NCBI GenBank assembly: GCA_965279515.1 | Contig: CBDIID010000003.1 | Span: 2,880,001 to 2,944,000, forward strand | Length of the DNA stretch: 64,000 nt | Reading direction: 5' to 3' | Source of the DNA: Turneriella sp. | Lineage (GTDB): Bacteria; Spirochaetota; Leptospiria; Turneriellales; Turneriellaceae | Shown: positions 18,801 to 28,904 of the stretch, piece after piece | Layout of the letters: each line of letters opens with the position of its first letter | Position numbering within the stretch: position 1 is the stretch's first letter | Program-made: the position numbers and the translations under genes | The notes under the pieces: generated by a model | Told to the model about the DNA's origin: nothing | Seen by the model: the letters and a program-made list of their open reading frames with translations, nothing else | The model's database searches: none

Positions 18801-18957
18801 GCAAAAAAATGGACGTTTCCAGCCTGTTTGGATAACATTTGGTTGTGAGTGCGCTATTGTTCATTGGGATCGTTCTGTCTATTTCGTCCGGGCTTTATTT
18901 TATTAGTCTGGGCATTTCCCGGGTGATTAGCGATAACATAAAAAAAGAACTCGCAAA

Positions 18958-19122
18958 GTGACAGGTAGATTTGCTATTTTCCTTGGAACTTTGATTATAG
19001 CTACGCTTACAGCATTACTCTGGACTTTCAAGGAATATAGGCCGCTAGTTGATATACTTGTCTTTATTCTAGGCGTTACTGGCGGGCTCTTGGCCATAAT
19101 TCAGTTCTTTAAAGGAAAATGA
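18958..19122 (+). CDS. Small 54-aa two-TM protein (GTG start; not in ORF track)
   Basis: Hand translation VTGRFAIFLGTLIIATLTALLWTFKEYRPLVDILVFILGVTGGLLAIIQFFKGK*; stop abuts the next start. Confidence 0.45.
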   Translation: MTGRFAIFLGTLIIATLTALLWTFKEYRPLVDILVFILGVTGGLLAIIQFFKGK

Positions 19123-19986
19123 TTGTCCCCCGAACTTTCCAGCTGGCTTTCCTCTGGCAGATACTTTGACTTTAAGGGTCGGGGTATCTTCGTCAAAGAG
19201 TCCAAGCCCTCCCGCAAAGACGCAATCCTGCTGATCCATGGCTTTCCCACCTCGTCGTGGGATTTCCTGCCGATTTGGGAAAAGCTTGCGAAAAAATACC
19301 GGCTCATTACCCTTGATATGCTGGGCTTCGGCTTTTCGGCAAAGCCGCAAAAGCATACCTACTCGATTATCGAGCAGGCAGATATCATCGAGGCCGTCCT
19401 CTTCAATTTAAAGATCCGCAAGTACCATATCTTAGCGCACGACTACGGCGTCTCCGTCGCACAAGAATTGCTGGCGCGGCAGGCGGGTCAGAAAAAGCCG
19501 GCGCTCTCGGTGTGTTTCCTCAATGGCGGGCTCTACCCTGAATTCCATAAGCCATTGCTGATTCAGAAATTGATGTTGGGGCCGCTGGGGCCCTTGCTCG
19601 CGCGTCTGTCTTCAAAAGGTAAACTGCGTTCATCGTTCAACGCGATCTTCGGTGAGAGAAAACCGAGCGTGGCCGAAATCGATCTGTTCTGGGAGCTGAT
19701 CCGCTACAACAAGGGCCGCCTTGTGATTCCAAAATTGCTGCGCTATATGACCGAGCGTCGTCTTTACCGTGAGCGTTGGGTGAACGCCATGGAGCAAACG
19801 AAAATCCCGGTGCAGATGATTAACGGGCCGCTCGACCCTATTTCGGGCGCGCACCTGGCCGAAGCCTTTGTGCTGCGAAACCCGAAAGCGCGCGTGGATT
19901 CACTCCCCGGCGTCGGGCACTATCCGCAGGTCGAGGCACCTGACCAGGTCGCGGCGCTCTACCTGGATTTTTTGAAGCGGGCATAA
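19123..19986 (+). CDS. Alpha/beta hydrolase (epoxide hydrolase/MEST-like)
   Basis: HGFPTSSWD, AHDYG, GHYPQVEAP. Confidence 0.9.
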   Translation: MSPELSSWLSSGRYFDFKGRGIFVKESKPSRKDAILLIHGFPTSSWDFLPIWEKLAKKYRLITLDMLGFGFSAKPQKHTYSIIEQADIIEAVLFNLKIRKYHILAHDYGVSVAQELLARQAGQKKPALSVCFLNGGLYPEFHKPLLIQKLMLGPLGPLLARLSSKGKLRSSFNAIFGERKPSVAEIDLFWELIRYNKGRLVIPKLLRYMTERRLYRERWVNAMEQTKIPVQMINGPLDPISGAHLAEAFVLRNPKARVDSLPGVGHYPQVEAPDQVAALYLDFLKRA

Positions 19987-20021
19987 CCTCGCCCCTTATA
20001 AGGGGAGGGCTGGGGTGGGGT
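19987..20021. repeat. REP-like palindromic repeat between convergent genes
   Basis: CCTCGCCCCTTATAAGGGGAGGGCTGGGGTGGGG, near-identical to 22991-23024. Confidence 0.75.
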
Positions 20022-20023
20022 TG

Positions 20024-20692
20024 CTACTTAGCGTCTAATTCCTTAACTTCGGGAATTTTAGCGTTTTGGTACTTTTCCCCTTTCACCACACGGTGCATAT
20101 TCAGCAGGGTGTTGTAGGGAATATCCGTCGTCGTCGAATTGGCGATCGCATCCGGTATAGATCCGCCCGGTTCTGAATGCACCTGGTAGATGACCGTCAC
20201 GTAACCATTCTTATTCGGTATGAACTGCCAGAAGCCTTTCAGCGACGGCACGCGCACCTTACCGCTCTGTGGTGGTATTCTGTCGGGCATGCCTTTCAGG
20301 TAAATCGTGATAATCTTCGATTTGGGATCTTGCACGATTTTGGAATATGTTACCGTATCGCGGTCTGAAACCGGCCAGGGCGCGTGGATAACGGTATGCG
20401 TGATGCGCTCATAATAGTTCATTTTCTGGATCAGCTTGGCATAGTTGACCTCGTGCAGCCACTGTGTATAGGCGTCGGTATCGTCCATGAGTGCGACAAG
20501 GCTGGTCAGCGAGGTCTTGATCGAGGTGACGCCCTTGAACTCCTTCAGGGCAGAGCCTTCGATTTTACGGGTAAAGACTTTGACGCCGTTCTTTTCTTTC
20601 TCAACGGCGAAATCGGGCTTCGCGTCGGCGTAGATAAGGCCCAGGCAGATGACCGCAATACATGTGACATAACGCATTAGGTGTTTTCTCAT
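20024..20692 (-). CDS. START-domain lipid-binding protein
   Basis: KNGVKVF, APWPVSDRD, HSEPGGSIP. Confidence 0.88.
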   Translation of the reverse strand: MRKHLMRYVTCIAVICLGLIYADAKPDFAVEKEKNGVKVFTRKIEGSALKEFKGVTSIKTSLTSLVALMDDTDAYTQWLHEVNYAKLIQKMNYYERITHTVIHAPWPVSDRDTVTYSKIVQDPKSKIITIYLKGMPDRIPPQSGKVRVPSLKGFWQFIPNKNGYVTVIYQVHSEPGGSIPDAIANSTTTDIPYNTLLNMHRVVKGEKYQNAKIPEVKELDAK

Positions 20693-20827
20693 GCCGTAAC
20701 CTCGCTTTGCGATACGGGGCGTCAAATGCCTTGCGCCAAAATGCCAAAACCTTGACGACCTGTCTAAAAAGCCTACTACAACCGGTCGGTACCCAAAGGG
20801 GCCGGCGTGTTAAACTACGGAGGTTTA

Positions 20828-21061
20828 GTGCAGAAACTCGCAGATATTTCGCAGCATTTTTCAAACGGTATTGAAGTGCGCGACAACGAGCCCGTCGAGG
20901 GCGCCATTAAGAAATTCAAGCGTGAAGTCGCCAACTCAGGCATTCTTACAGAGCTCAAAAAACGTGAATATTTTGAAAAGCCCAGCGTGATCAAAAAACG
21001 CGAACGCGATCAGGCGGAGCGCAAGCGTTTCCGCAAAAGAAACATTTACCACGAAGCCTAA
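20828..21061 (+). CDS. rpsU: 30S ribosomal protein S21
   Basis: EGAIKKFKR...KKREYFEKPS; GGAGG RBS before GTG 20828. Confidence 0.92.
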   Translation: MQKLADISQHFSNGIEVRDNEPVEGAIKKFKREVANSGILTELKKREYFEKPSVIKKRERDQAERKRFRKRNIYHEA

Positions 21062-21071
21062 GGATAATCTA

Positions 21072-21090
21072 AAGGGGGCGGCGCCCCCTT
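21072..21090 (+). terminator. GC hairpin between rpsU and dnaG (possible attenuating terminator)
   Basis: AAGGGGGC-GGC-GCCCCCTT; no clear U-tract. Confidence 0.35.
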
Positions 21091-21103
21091 AACAACCCCC
21101 GCT

Positions 21104-22942
21104 GTGAATGACGCAGACAAAGTAATCGCAGCGATCCCCATTGAAAATTATGTCGGTCGGTTTGTAGCCCTAAAAAGAAAAGGCAACAACCTATGGGGCC
21201 TCTGTCCCTTCCACGGCGAAAAAACTCCCTCGTTCTCGGTCTCTCCGCAAAAAGGCATCTACAAATGTTTCGGCTGCGGCGTCGGCGGCAACGTCATCAC
21301 GTTCGCGAAGGAATTCAACAAACTTTCTTTTCCCGAAGCATTGAAGCTGCTCGCCGAATTTGCCGGCATTGAACTTGTCCACCAGCCGCGCCGGCCCGGC
21401 GAAGACGACCGCAAAAAAGCACTCATCGAGCTGCATCTCTGGGCACACAAACTCTACCAAAGCTGTTACGCCAATTCCGACGCCGATAAATATGCGGCCT
21501 CAAGGGGGATAGCCCCCGCGTCTGTTCAGGCGTTTGAATTAGGTTATGCTCCCGACACACAGCGCTTTCTCGAAACGAAACTGAATGAGCGTTACCGCAA
21601 TGAACCTGATCTTTTATCGAAGGCGATTGAGAATCTCACCGTGATTGGCCTCACCGGCCGAAACGACCACGACACCTATAACCGTTTCCGCGACCGCTGG
21701 ATTTTCCCGATCAAAGATCTGCGCGGGCAGGTGGTAGCCTTTGGCGGCCGCCTTGTGCGGGAAAAAGAAAACGCGGGCAAGTATGTCAATTCGCCCGAGA
21801 CGCCGCTCTTTAACAAAGGCAACTCCGTCTATCGCCTCGGCGAAGCCTCGCAGGCCATTCGCCGCGAAGGTTTTGTGATTGTTTGCGAAGGTTATCTCGA
21901 TGTCTTAGGGTTATTCGAAGCGGGCTTCGAAAACGCCGTCGCGCCGCTGGGTACGGCATTCACTTCGGAGCAGGCAAAGCAGGTGAAACGTTTCACCGAC
22001 AACGTCGTGTTTTTCCTGGATAACGACAATGCCGGCACCGAAGCCGTTTTCAAATCACTGCGCATCGCGCGTAAGGCCAACCTCGCCGTCAAAGTCGTAC
22101 ATCCGCTGGCTGCCGGCGACAAGCAGGATCCCTTTGATCTCAGCCGCAAAATGTCGCCCGAAGACATGCGCACGCTCGTGCGCGATGCGCATAGCGAGGT
22201 GAAGTTCTTAGCCTGGTACCATTTCAGCTTCAAACACAATGTTTCCGATCTTTCGCAAAAGAAACAGGCGCTGGTCGAGTTCTATGATTATGTGCGCATT
22301 CTCGAAACTGAGCTCGAACGCGATGAATTCCTGAAGACAGCTGCCGCTGTTTTGCAGGTCGACGTGCAGATTCTGCGTAAAGATTTCCAGACGCCCAGCC
22401 AGGGTGGTAAGTCCACAGGCGCATGGGTGCAGCCAGTTGAGGCCAGGGAGCAGGCGCAAAAGCCCGCCGTAAAACTGAAGCCGGTCAGCAAACAAGAGAA
22501 AGAGATTATCGCCCTGATCCTCAAATTCCCGGAGCTGGGTGAAGAGTCGATGCTGCTCAGCGAAATTCCCTGGGAAAACGAAAATGCTTACCTCTTGTAT
22601 TCCTTCTTCCATGATCGTTTGAAATCCGGCGAGGCCTATAGCTGGGATAACCTCAGCTCGGCGATGCAGTTCTTGCCCGAAAAGCTGTCAGCGCTCTTGG
22701 CTGAAATCATGATGGACTATGAGGAGGCCTTTGGCCCGACTGTGGAGTTAAGCCTCACCGACGCCAAACGCCATATCAGCCACCTGGTGCGCACGCTCGC
22801 GGTGCAGGCGCTCGATCTCCGTATACACGACCGCCAGAAAGAAATTGCGCGGGTCGACAAGACGGGCGGCGATGTGGAAGAGCTGATGCTCGAGCAACAG
22901 CAAGACCTCGATAAACGCATGCAGTGGATGAGAATTAAGTAA
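21104..22942 (+). CDS. dnaG: DNA primase
   Basis: CPFH...CFGC zinc finger, KYVNSPET, EGYLD, DNDNAG TOPRIM motifs. Confidence 0.97.
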   Translation: MNDADKVIAAIPIENYVGRFVALKRKGNNLWGLCPFHGEKTPSFSVSPQKGIYKCFGCGVGGNVITFAKEFNKLSFPEALKLLAEFAGIELVHQPRRPGEDDRKKALIELHLWAHKLYQSCYANSDADKYAASRGIAPASVQAFELGYAPDTQRFLETKLNERYRNEPDLLSKAIENLTVIGLTGRNDHDTYNRFRDRWIFPIKDLRGQVVAFGGRLVREKENAGKYVNSPETPLFNKGNSVYRLGEASQAIRREGFVIVCEGYLDVLGLFEAGFENAVAPLGTAFTSEQAKQVKRFTDNVVFFLDNDNAGTEAVFKSLRIARKANLAVKVVHPLAAGDKQDPFDLSRKMSPEDMRTLVRDAHSEVKFLAWYHFSFKHNVSDLSQKKQALVEFYDYVRILETELERDEFLKTAAAVLQVDVQILRKDFQTPSQGGKSTGAWVQPVEAREQAQKPAVKLKPVSKQEKEIIALILKFPELGEESMLLSEIPWENENAYLLYSFFHDRLKSGEAYSWDNLSSAMQFLPEKLSALLAEIMMDYEEAFGPTVELSLTDAKRHISHLVRTLAVQALDLRIHDRQKEIARVDKTGGDVEELMLEQQQDLDKRMQWMRIK

Positions 22943-23024
22943 CCCTCACCCCCAGCCCCTCTCCCTTATAGGGAGAGGGGGACACCTAACACCCTCCCCT
23001 ATAAGGGGAGGGCTGGGGTGGGGT
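22943..23024. repeat. Inverted pair of REP-like repeats
   Basis: CCCTCACCCCCAGCCCCTCTCCCTTATAGGGAGAGGGG followed by ACCCTCCCCTATAAGGGGAGGGCTGGGGTGGGG. Confidence 0.8.
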
Positions 23025-23065
23025 TTTAGACTTGCAACCATTTGTGAATCTTCATAACCGGATGG

Positions 23066-24031
23066 ATGCCAGTTAAATGCCTCATCCCCGCCGCCGGCAA
23101 GGGGACACGCATGCGTCCCCTGACGCACACCCTGCCCAAGGCGATGCTACCCGTGGCCGGCAAGCCTACTATTTTCCACATCATTGATCGCGCGGCGCAG
23201 GCCGGTGTGAAAGATTTCGTGATTATTACCGGTTACCTGCGCGAGCTTATGGAGAGCGAGATTCTCGCAGCCTACCCCAACCTCAAAATCGAATTCGTCG
23301 AACAAAAAGAGCAGGCTGGTCTTGGCCACGCGATCTACATGGCGCAGCACAAGTTCAGCGCGGATGATGCAATGCTACTCATCTACGGTGACACTCTTTT
23401 TGAGGGCGATATCGAAACGATGATGAAGAGCAAAGACCCGGTGATCGGTGTTTTCGAAGTCGAAGATCCCCGGCGTTTTGGCGTCATTGAAATGGGCGAA
23501 GGCAAAGCGATCAAAAGCCTTGTCGAAAAACCGGAAAAGTTTGTCTCAAACCTGGCTATCCCCGGCGTGAATTATTTCCCAAGCTCGGCGGAACTTTTCG
23601 CCTCGCTCGACCATCTCGTGAAGAATGATATCCGCACGAAGAACGAATACCAGGCGACGGATGCCTTCCAACACATGCTGAAGGATAAGAAGATTACCTT
23701 TGTGTGGCAGCAGCTCACGGCATGGGATGACGCCGGTACCCTCGAGGCGATTCTGGATACCAATAAGATTATTCTCGGCCGCCGGGGCGCGGGCAAAACT
23801 TTTGCCGTTGCGGCCGATGCCAAAGTTGCTGGTTCTAAGATCGAAGAATTCGCCAGTATTTCCGAAGGTGCGCAGGTCGAAAATTCGACCCTAAAGAACT
23901 GCATCGTCGACCGCGGAGCGATTATCAAAAACTCGAAGCTGGAAAACTCGCTCATTGGCCGCAATGCCGTAATCCAGAATGTTTCCGGCACCATCATCGT
24001 CGGCGACGATACCCAGATCAAAGCGACTTGA
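23066..24031 (+). CDS. Sugar-phosphate nucleotidyltransferase (long-form glucose-1-phosphate thymidylyltransferase-like)
   Basis: PAAGKGTRMRPLT..PK, GLGHAI, EKP; C-terminal hexapeptide repeats. Confidence 0.9.
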   Translation: MPVKCLIPAAGKGTRMRPLTHTLPKAMLPVAGKPTIFHIIDRAAQAGVKDFVIITGYLRELMESEILAAYPNLKIEFVEQKEQAGLGHAIYMAQHKFSADDAMLLIYGDTLFEGDIETMMKSKDPVIGVFEVEDPRRFGVIEMGEGKAIKSLVEKPEKFVSNLAIPGVNYFPSSAELFASLDHLVKNDIRTKNEYQATDAFQHMLKDKKITFVWQQLTAWDDAGTLEAILDTNKIILGRRGAGKTFAVAADAKVAGSKIEEFASISEGAQVENSTLKNCIVDRGAIIKNSKLENSLIGRNAVIQNVSGTIIVGDDTQIKAT

Positions 24032-25305
24032 AAAGCGTTCAAGTCAAAGAACCTTATCTCTCGATTTGCCGTTTTATCGAAGAGACGCTGGCAAAGCATG
24101 GCTATGAAGCCTGGCTTGTCGGCGGCAGCGTGCGCGACCTTCTGATTGAGGGCAATCTTTCTGACCTCGATTACACTACGAACGCCCTGCCCGAAAAGGT
24201 GCAAAAGATTTTCCCGCGCACCGTGCCAGTTGGCATCAAATTCGGCACAATTTTAGTCCTCCACAAAGGCCAGAAGGTAGAGGTGACGACCTACCGCGCC
24301 GATGCCGACTATGAGGATGGTCGCCGTCCCAATAAGGTTGAATATGCACAGGATCTCGCGACCGATATCAAGCGCCGTGATTTTACCGTGAACGGCCTCG
24401 CATTCTCCGTGACAAAGAACGAACTGAAAGATCACTGCGGCGGTGTCGCTGACCTGGAAGAGAAACTCCTGCGCACGATTGGCGATCCCGTGGCGCGCTT
24501 TACCGAAGACGGCCTGAGGCCCATTCGTGGTTGCCGCATCGCCGCGAAACTGGGGTTTCATATTGAAGCTGAAACACGGGCGGCGATGCTGAAGTGTGTG
24601 GCCGTAACGGCGAGGGTTGCGCCTGAGCGTTTTTACGACGAGTGGCGCAAAACGCTGAAGCTAAGACACAAGCGCGCCTTCTGGCAGAACCTGCTCGAGG
24701 CGGGCATCATCGGCGCCTTCTTGCCCGATATCGCTTCGGTATTCGATAAAGAACACAGCGCGGTGCTGTTGCGTGAACTGGATGGCCTGAAACTACGGTC
24801 GATGGCCTCGTACGCCGCTTCGTTATTTTATCTGCTCGGCGTTCGCGATAAAGAAACGGCGAAAAAAACCCTGCTCGATACGAAATTTCCCACGGCTGAG
24901 ATGAGGCTTTGCCTTAGCATGCTGAATACGCCGCTGCTCGCCATGGCCGCAGAACCGGACCGGCAGACGCTGAAGAACCATCTCGCCCAGATTCCCCGCC
25001 GTGAGCGCAGCGCACATATGCGTTTTTTCCTCGATATGGGCGCCGCGGCAATGCGCACGAAGGCTTTTCCTGAAGGTACCATTGCTGCGTTCCGCGAGAA
25101 AACAGGCGCGCACTACATCTCCATTCTCCGATCGCGCGAGCCGATGGACGTGGGCGACCTCGCGGTCAACGGTTTGGATATTCAGGCTCTGGGCATTCAA
25201 GGTCGCGCCGTGGGTGAAACTTTGGAAAGACTACGCGCGTTGGTCGTCGCGGACCCCGCGGCAAACGGAAAGGCAAATCTCTTGAAGCTCGCTATGTCTC
25301 CCTAA
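24028..25305 (+). CDS. cca: CCA-adding tRNA nucleotidyltransferase / poly(A) polymerase family
   Basis: VGGSVRD, DLDYTT, EVTTYR, RRDFTVN, RFTEDGLR. Confidence 0.88.
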   Translation: MKSVQVKEPYLSICRFIEETLAKHGYEAWLVGGSVRDLLIEGNLSDLDYTTNALPEKVQKIFPRTVPVGIKFGTILVLHKGQKVEVTTYRADADYEDGRRPNKVEYAQDLATDIKRRDFTVNGLAFSVTKNELKDHCGGVADLEEKLLRTIGDPVARFTEDGLRPIRGCRIAAKLGFHIEAETRAAMLKCVAVTARVAPERFYDEWRKTLKLRHKRAFWQNLLEAGIIGAFLPDIASVFDKEHSAVLLRELDGLKLRSMASYAASLFYLLGVRDKETAKKTLLDTKFPTAEMRLCLSMLNTPLLAMAAEPDRQTLKNHLAQIPRRERSAHMRFFLDMGAAAMRTKAFPEGTIAAFREKTGAHYISILRSREPMDVGDLAVNGLDIQALGIQGRAVGETLERLRALVVADPAANGKANLLKLAMSP

Positions 25306-25314
25306 AACCCGAAA

Positions 25315-25911
25315 ATGCCGGCATTGCGGTATCTGCTATTCAGCTCTGAAAGCGAGAGTTCCTACACCTTCACTGCCGAGGCAAACTCGTTACCTCTTCC
25401 CGCTGACGCGACTCTTGTCTGGCAGGTAGATGCCGACTCCTGGGAAATCGCCTGCATGAAGAAACACGAATTTCTTGGCTGGGAACCTTACAAACCCATG
25501 ATTATAGGAGACGCTGATCTCTTGGCCTTTCTTCCGCGACACAAGCATGACCTGGATAACTTTCAGTTATTGAAAAATATTGGATATCCAGTAATCAGGC
25601 CTATACTGCCACAGCTCTTTACATGGATTCAGGATATGAACTGGCCGGTCGCCGGTCCCGTCGCAGCATTTCTTGCATCGCTCGGCCCGGTTGTCCTCAC
25701 ATCTGTGTCGGAAATTCTTAACTCCAACGATGGTATGTGGAAGTACTGGGTACTGACCGCAGTTTTGGGCCAGATGGCGCAGAACGAGGCGAGAATATTT
25801 ATTCCCTTACTCGAAGATTTGCTTGCGCACCTCTCCGATGATGATCAGGAATGCGAAGTGGATGTTGTGGCCCGGGAGCTTATGCATAAACTCAGCCCCG
25901 GGCCCGGCTGA
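25315..25911 (+). CDS. DUF5071-like domain protein
   Basis: LPRHKHD...WIQDMNWPVA...DGMWKYW. Confidence 0.65.
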   Translation: MPALRYLLFSSESESSYTFTAEANSLPLPADATLVWQVDADSWEIACMKKHEFLGWEPYKPMIIGDADLLAFLPRHKHDLDNFQLLKNIGYPVIRPILPQLFTWIQDMNWPVAGPVAAFLASLGPVVLTSVSEILNSNDGMWKYWVLTAVLGQMAQNEARIFIPLLEDLLAHLSDDDQECEVDVVARELMHKLSPGPG

Positions 25912-26433
25912 TTATTTTTCGAAATCTTTGTAAATCAGGCTTGGTTGAATGCCGGTATTGCCCTGGTATTTACCGCTCTTGTATTCCGTAAACTCGCCTT
26001 CGACCGTATGGTAGAAAATCTGGCAAATCTGTACTCCGGCGTAAATCCGCACGGGTTGGATGGATGAAATTTCGAGCGTCCAAAATCCCTTAAAACCAAT
26101 ATCTCCGAACCCTGCTGTAATATGCACGAAGAGACCGAGCCGACCGACGCTGCTGCGGCCTTCGAGCATCGGCACTAGATTCTTCGTCTCGGTTAGCTCA
26201 CGCGTCCGGCCGAGGTAGAGGCGACCGGGCTCGATCACAAATCCTTCCGCGGGAATTTTGAGCAGCTGCGTTTCATTCGGCTTCTTCATGTCGAGCAAGC
26301 TCTCTTTGTAAACGAGCAGCTCGTCATGCAAGGTCAGGTTATACGAATTGGGATTTAAATATTTCTCATCGTAGGGTTCGATAATAATATCTTTCCCCAG
26401 GCGTTTCTTGATCTCAATTCCCGAAAGAATCAT
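25912..26433 (-). CDS. dcd: dCTP deaminase
   Basis: NPNSYNLTL, EGRSSVGRLG, TAGFGD, KYQG. Confidence 0.93.
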   Translation of the reverse strand: MILSGIEIKKRLGKDIIIEPYDEKYLNPNSYNLTLHDELLVYKESLLDMKKPNETQLLKIPAEGFVIEPGRLYLGRTRELTETKNLVPMLEGRSSVGRLGLFVHITAGFGDIGFKGFWTLEISSIQPVRIYAGVQICQIFYHTVEGEFTEYKSGKYQGNTGIQPSLIYKDFEK

Positions 26434-26454
26434 AACGGCTCCTTTTCGTTTTGT

Positions 26455-27507
26455 TTATGCGCGCTCGAGCACCGAGGCGACATTCTGTGCGATATGCGTG
26501 AAGGCGTCCACAATGGGGTCGATCTTTTTATTCTTGTTCTTGTAAACGGGGATTTCTCCCTTTTCTGCGGCGGCCATCGCGTCTTCGACGAGCGGCACTT
26601 GTCCGAGCAGTATACTTTCAGAACTGGCCGCAAGTCTCGCCCCGCCGCCGCGCGAGAAGATGTGGTTGGGTTTGCCGCAGTGCGAACAAAGAAACTCGCT
26701 CATATTCTCGACCACACCCAGAATAGGTATGTTCACCTGTTCGAACATAGCTACGGCGCGGCCGGCATCAAGCAGCGCTACCGACTGCGGCGTCGTGACG
26801 ATGATGGCGCCATCGGTCTGCACCAACTGCGCGAGGGAAAGTTGCGTGTCGCCCGTGCCCGGCGGCAGGTCGATGATGAGGTAATCCAACTCACCCCAGT
26901 TCATGTCGTAGAGGAACTGCTCGACGGCTTTGCCTAGCATCGGGCCGCGCCAGACGATGGGCTGGCCTTCGTCGACGAGGAAAGAAAAACTCATGACCTT
27001 CAGGCCAAACTTTTCAATGGGCGTGATGCGGTCGTCGCGCACGTCGAGCTGCTGGCGGCCATCGATGCCAAGCATTTTGCCGATCGAGGGGCCATAGATG
27101 TCGGCGTCCATCAGGCCCACCTTTTTTCCCATCTGCTGCAATGTAGAGGCGAGGTTTACCGAGACGGTAGATTTACCCACACCGCCCTTGCCTGAGGCGA
27201 CGGCGATGACCTTTTTCACGCCGGGAATGCTGCGCTGCGGGCGGGCAACCGGGCCCTGCTTGTTGACTTCGGGTTTCGCATCGTTCCACTTGAACTTGAA
27301 CCCGTCGGGCGCAATACCTTCCTTGCTGGCAAGCGTTCGCAGCTGCGCTTCGATGGCCAGTTGCCACTTCTTATCGCCACCTGCTTTCAGCTCGATGACC
27401 GGCTTGTCGCCGTCATGCACTGCAATGAGCAGCTTATCGTCGGTGATCGATTTATGCGTCAGGGGATTCTGTACGCGGCTGAGGAGACTTTCGAGTTTTG
27501 CTTTCAT
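26455..27507 (-). CDS. mrp: Mrp/ApbC/NBP35 Fe-S carrier ATPase
   Basis: SGKGGVGKST, DADIYGPS, WRGPM, DLPPGTGD, ENMS.F.CSHC. Confidence 0.95.
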   Translation of the reverse strand: MKAKLESLLSRVQNPLTHKSITDDKLLIAVHDGDKPVIELKAGGDKKWQLAIEAQLRTLASKEGIAPDGFKFKWNDAKPEVNKQGPVARPQRSIPGVKKVIAVASGKGGVGKSTVSVNLASTLQQMGKKVGLMDADIYGPSIGKMLGIDGRQQLDVRDDRITPIEKFGLKVMSFSFLVDEGQPIVWRGPMLGKAVEQFLYDMNWGELDYLIIDLPPGTGDTQLSLAQLVQTDGAIIVTTPQSVALLDAGRAVAMFEQVNIPILGVVENMSEFLCSHCGKPNHIFSRGGGARLAASSESILLGQVPLVEDAMAAAEKGEIPVYKNKNKKIDPIVDAFTHIAQNVASVLERA

Positions 27508-27512
27508 AGTAC

Positions 27513-28847
27513 CTATTTGTTTTTAAATGTATTGGCGATTAAAATCGCCGCTATGTTGAATACGACACCAAAAATACCGACCAGCGCATAGTGCTGCATG
27601 GGTTGTCCGGGCGAGGCAACGATGATAAACGATGCCGCGATTGCGCCGAGCGACATCGCGAGTTGCTGCACTGAACCGTTGAGGCTCATGAATATGCCAC
27701 GGGAAGAAGGTGTTACCGTGTTATTGAGCAGCGACATCGCCGGAACCATGCGGCCTGACACGAAGACAAAGAACAGCACCGCGAAAACCAGCAGCAGCGG
27801 AAAATTCGACGTCCATTGGTTAGTGACCAGGATAAACGGGATAGACGCCAGGCCAGAAATGATTGTGTACATTTTCACCGAACCTATTTTGTCCGTAAGG
27901 CTGCCGACAATCGGGGATGTGACAATTGTGGCAAGGCCGCCAGCGAGGTAGATAAACGGCAATTGCTGGTCGCTGACACCGTGGTTTTTCTGCATAAAAC
28001 CTGCGATATAGGGAATGATACTGAAGGCGGCGACGAAGTGAAATATCATCATGAGATAGAGACGTATATGTTTACCTTCCGCAAAAACGGCGACGATCTG
28101 GCGCAAGACGTTTTGTTTGGGGCCGAACATATGGTTTTTCAGCGCAGGCATCTTGAGAAAAGCGACAACGAAAACCAACGCCGAAGCACCTGCGATCAGG
28201 TAATAAGGTAACTGGAGAAAGAACTTGCTGGCAAACCAGATCCCCGCTGGTACGCCGGCGACGGCAGCCACAGAAAAAGAAATCATGATCACGCCTGTTG
28301 CCCGGCCGCGCTTTGCGGGTTCAATCAGATCGCCGATAATAGAAAACGAAATTCCCGAAAGAATGCCGCCAAAGGCGCCCGTGAGAATGCGCGCAAGCAT
28401 AAAGGATTTATAATCCGGTGCTATGGCGCAGACGAGGTTTCCGATGATAAATCCGGCAAATGCCACAAGCAAGGTGCGCTTGCGCGAAATCCGTTCGACA
28501 AAAAATGTTCCCGCGATGCCCGAAGCAAAGGCAGCAAGCGTATAACTCGAAACAAGCCAGCCGAACTGGTTGGTTGTGATATGGAATAACTCTTCAAATT
28601 TCTTGTTGAGCGGCATCAGCACCATAAAGTCGACGATGTGCATGAACTGGATAAATGCGAGTATGAGAAGGACCGTCCACTGGCTCTTCGAGAAAACAGG
28701 TTCTTTTTTCGCTTCGTTGATCGCCACGCCAGCGACGGCCGCTTCGCTCTCCAGAAACGAGTGTTCGTGGTGAGGCGCTGGCCTTGCCTTCTTTTTCGCC
28801 GCCTTCTTCTTGGCCGGCTTCTTGACGGCTTTTTTCTTTGTGGCCAT
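27513..28847 (-). CDS. MFS transporter
   Basis: Multiple TM segments, ERISRK motif A; Lys-rich N-terminal tail. Confidence 0.9.
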   Translation of the reverse strand: MATKKKAVKKPAKKKAAKKKARPAPHHEHSFLESEAAVAGVAINEAKKEPVFSKSQWTVLLILAFIQFMHIVDFMVLMPLNKKFEELFHITTNQFGWLVSSYTLAAFASGIAGTFFVERISRKRTLLVAFAGFIIGNLVCAIAPDYKSFMLARILTGAFGGILSGISFSIIGDLIEPAKRGRATGVIMISFSVAAVAGVPAGIWFASKFFLQLPYYLIAGASALVFVVAFLKMPALKNHMFGPKQNVLRQIVAVFAEGKHIRLYLMMIFHFVAAFSIIPYIAGFMQKNHGVSDQQLPFIYLAGGLATIVTSPIVGSLTDKIGSVKMYTIISGLASIPFILVTNQWTSNFPLLLVFAVLFFVFVSGRMVPAMSLLNNTVTPSSRGIFMSLNGSVQQLAMSLGAIAASFIIVASPGQPMQHYALVGIFGVVFNIAAILIANTFKNK

Positions 28848-28904
28848 GCGCCACTCAGGGAGGCTTAGACACGGCGAAAAAGGAAATAAGACGGATTAAC
28901 TGAG

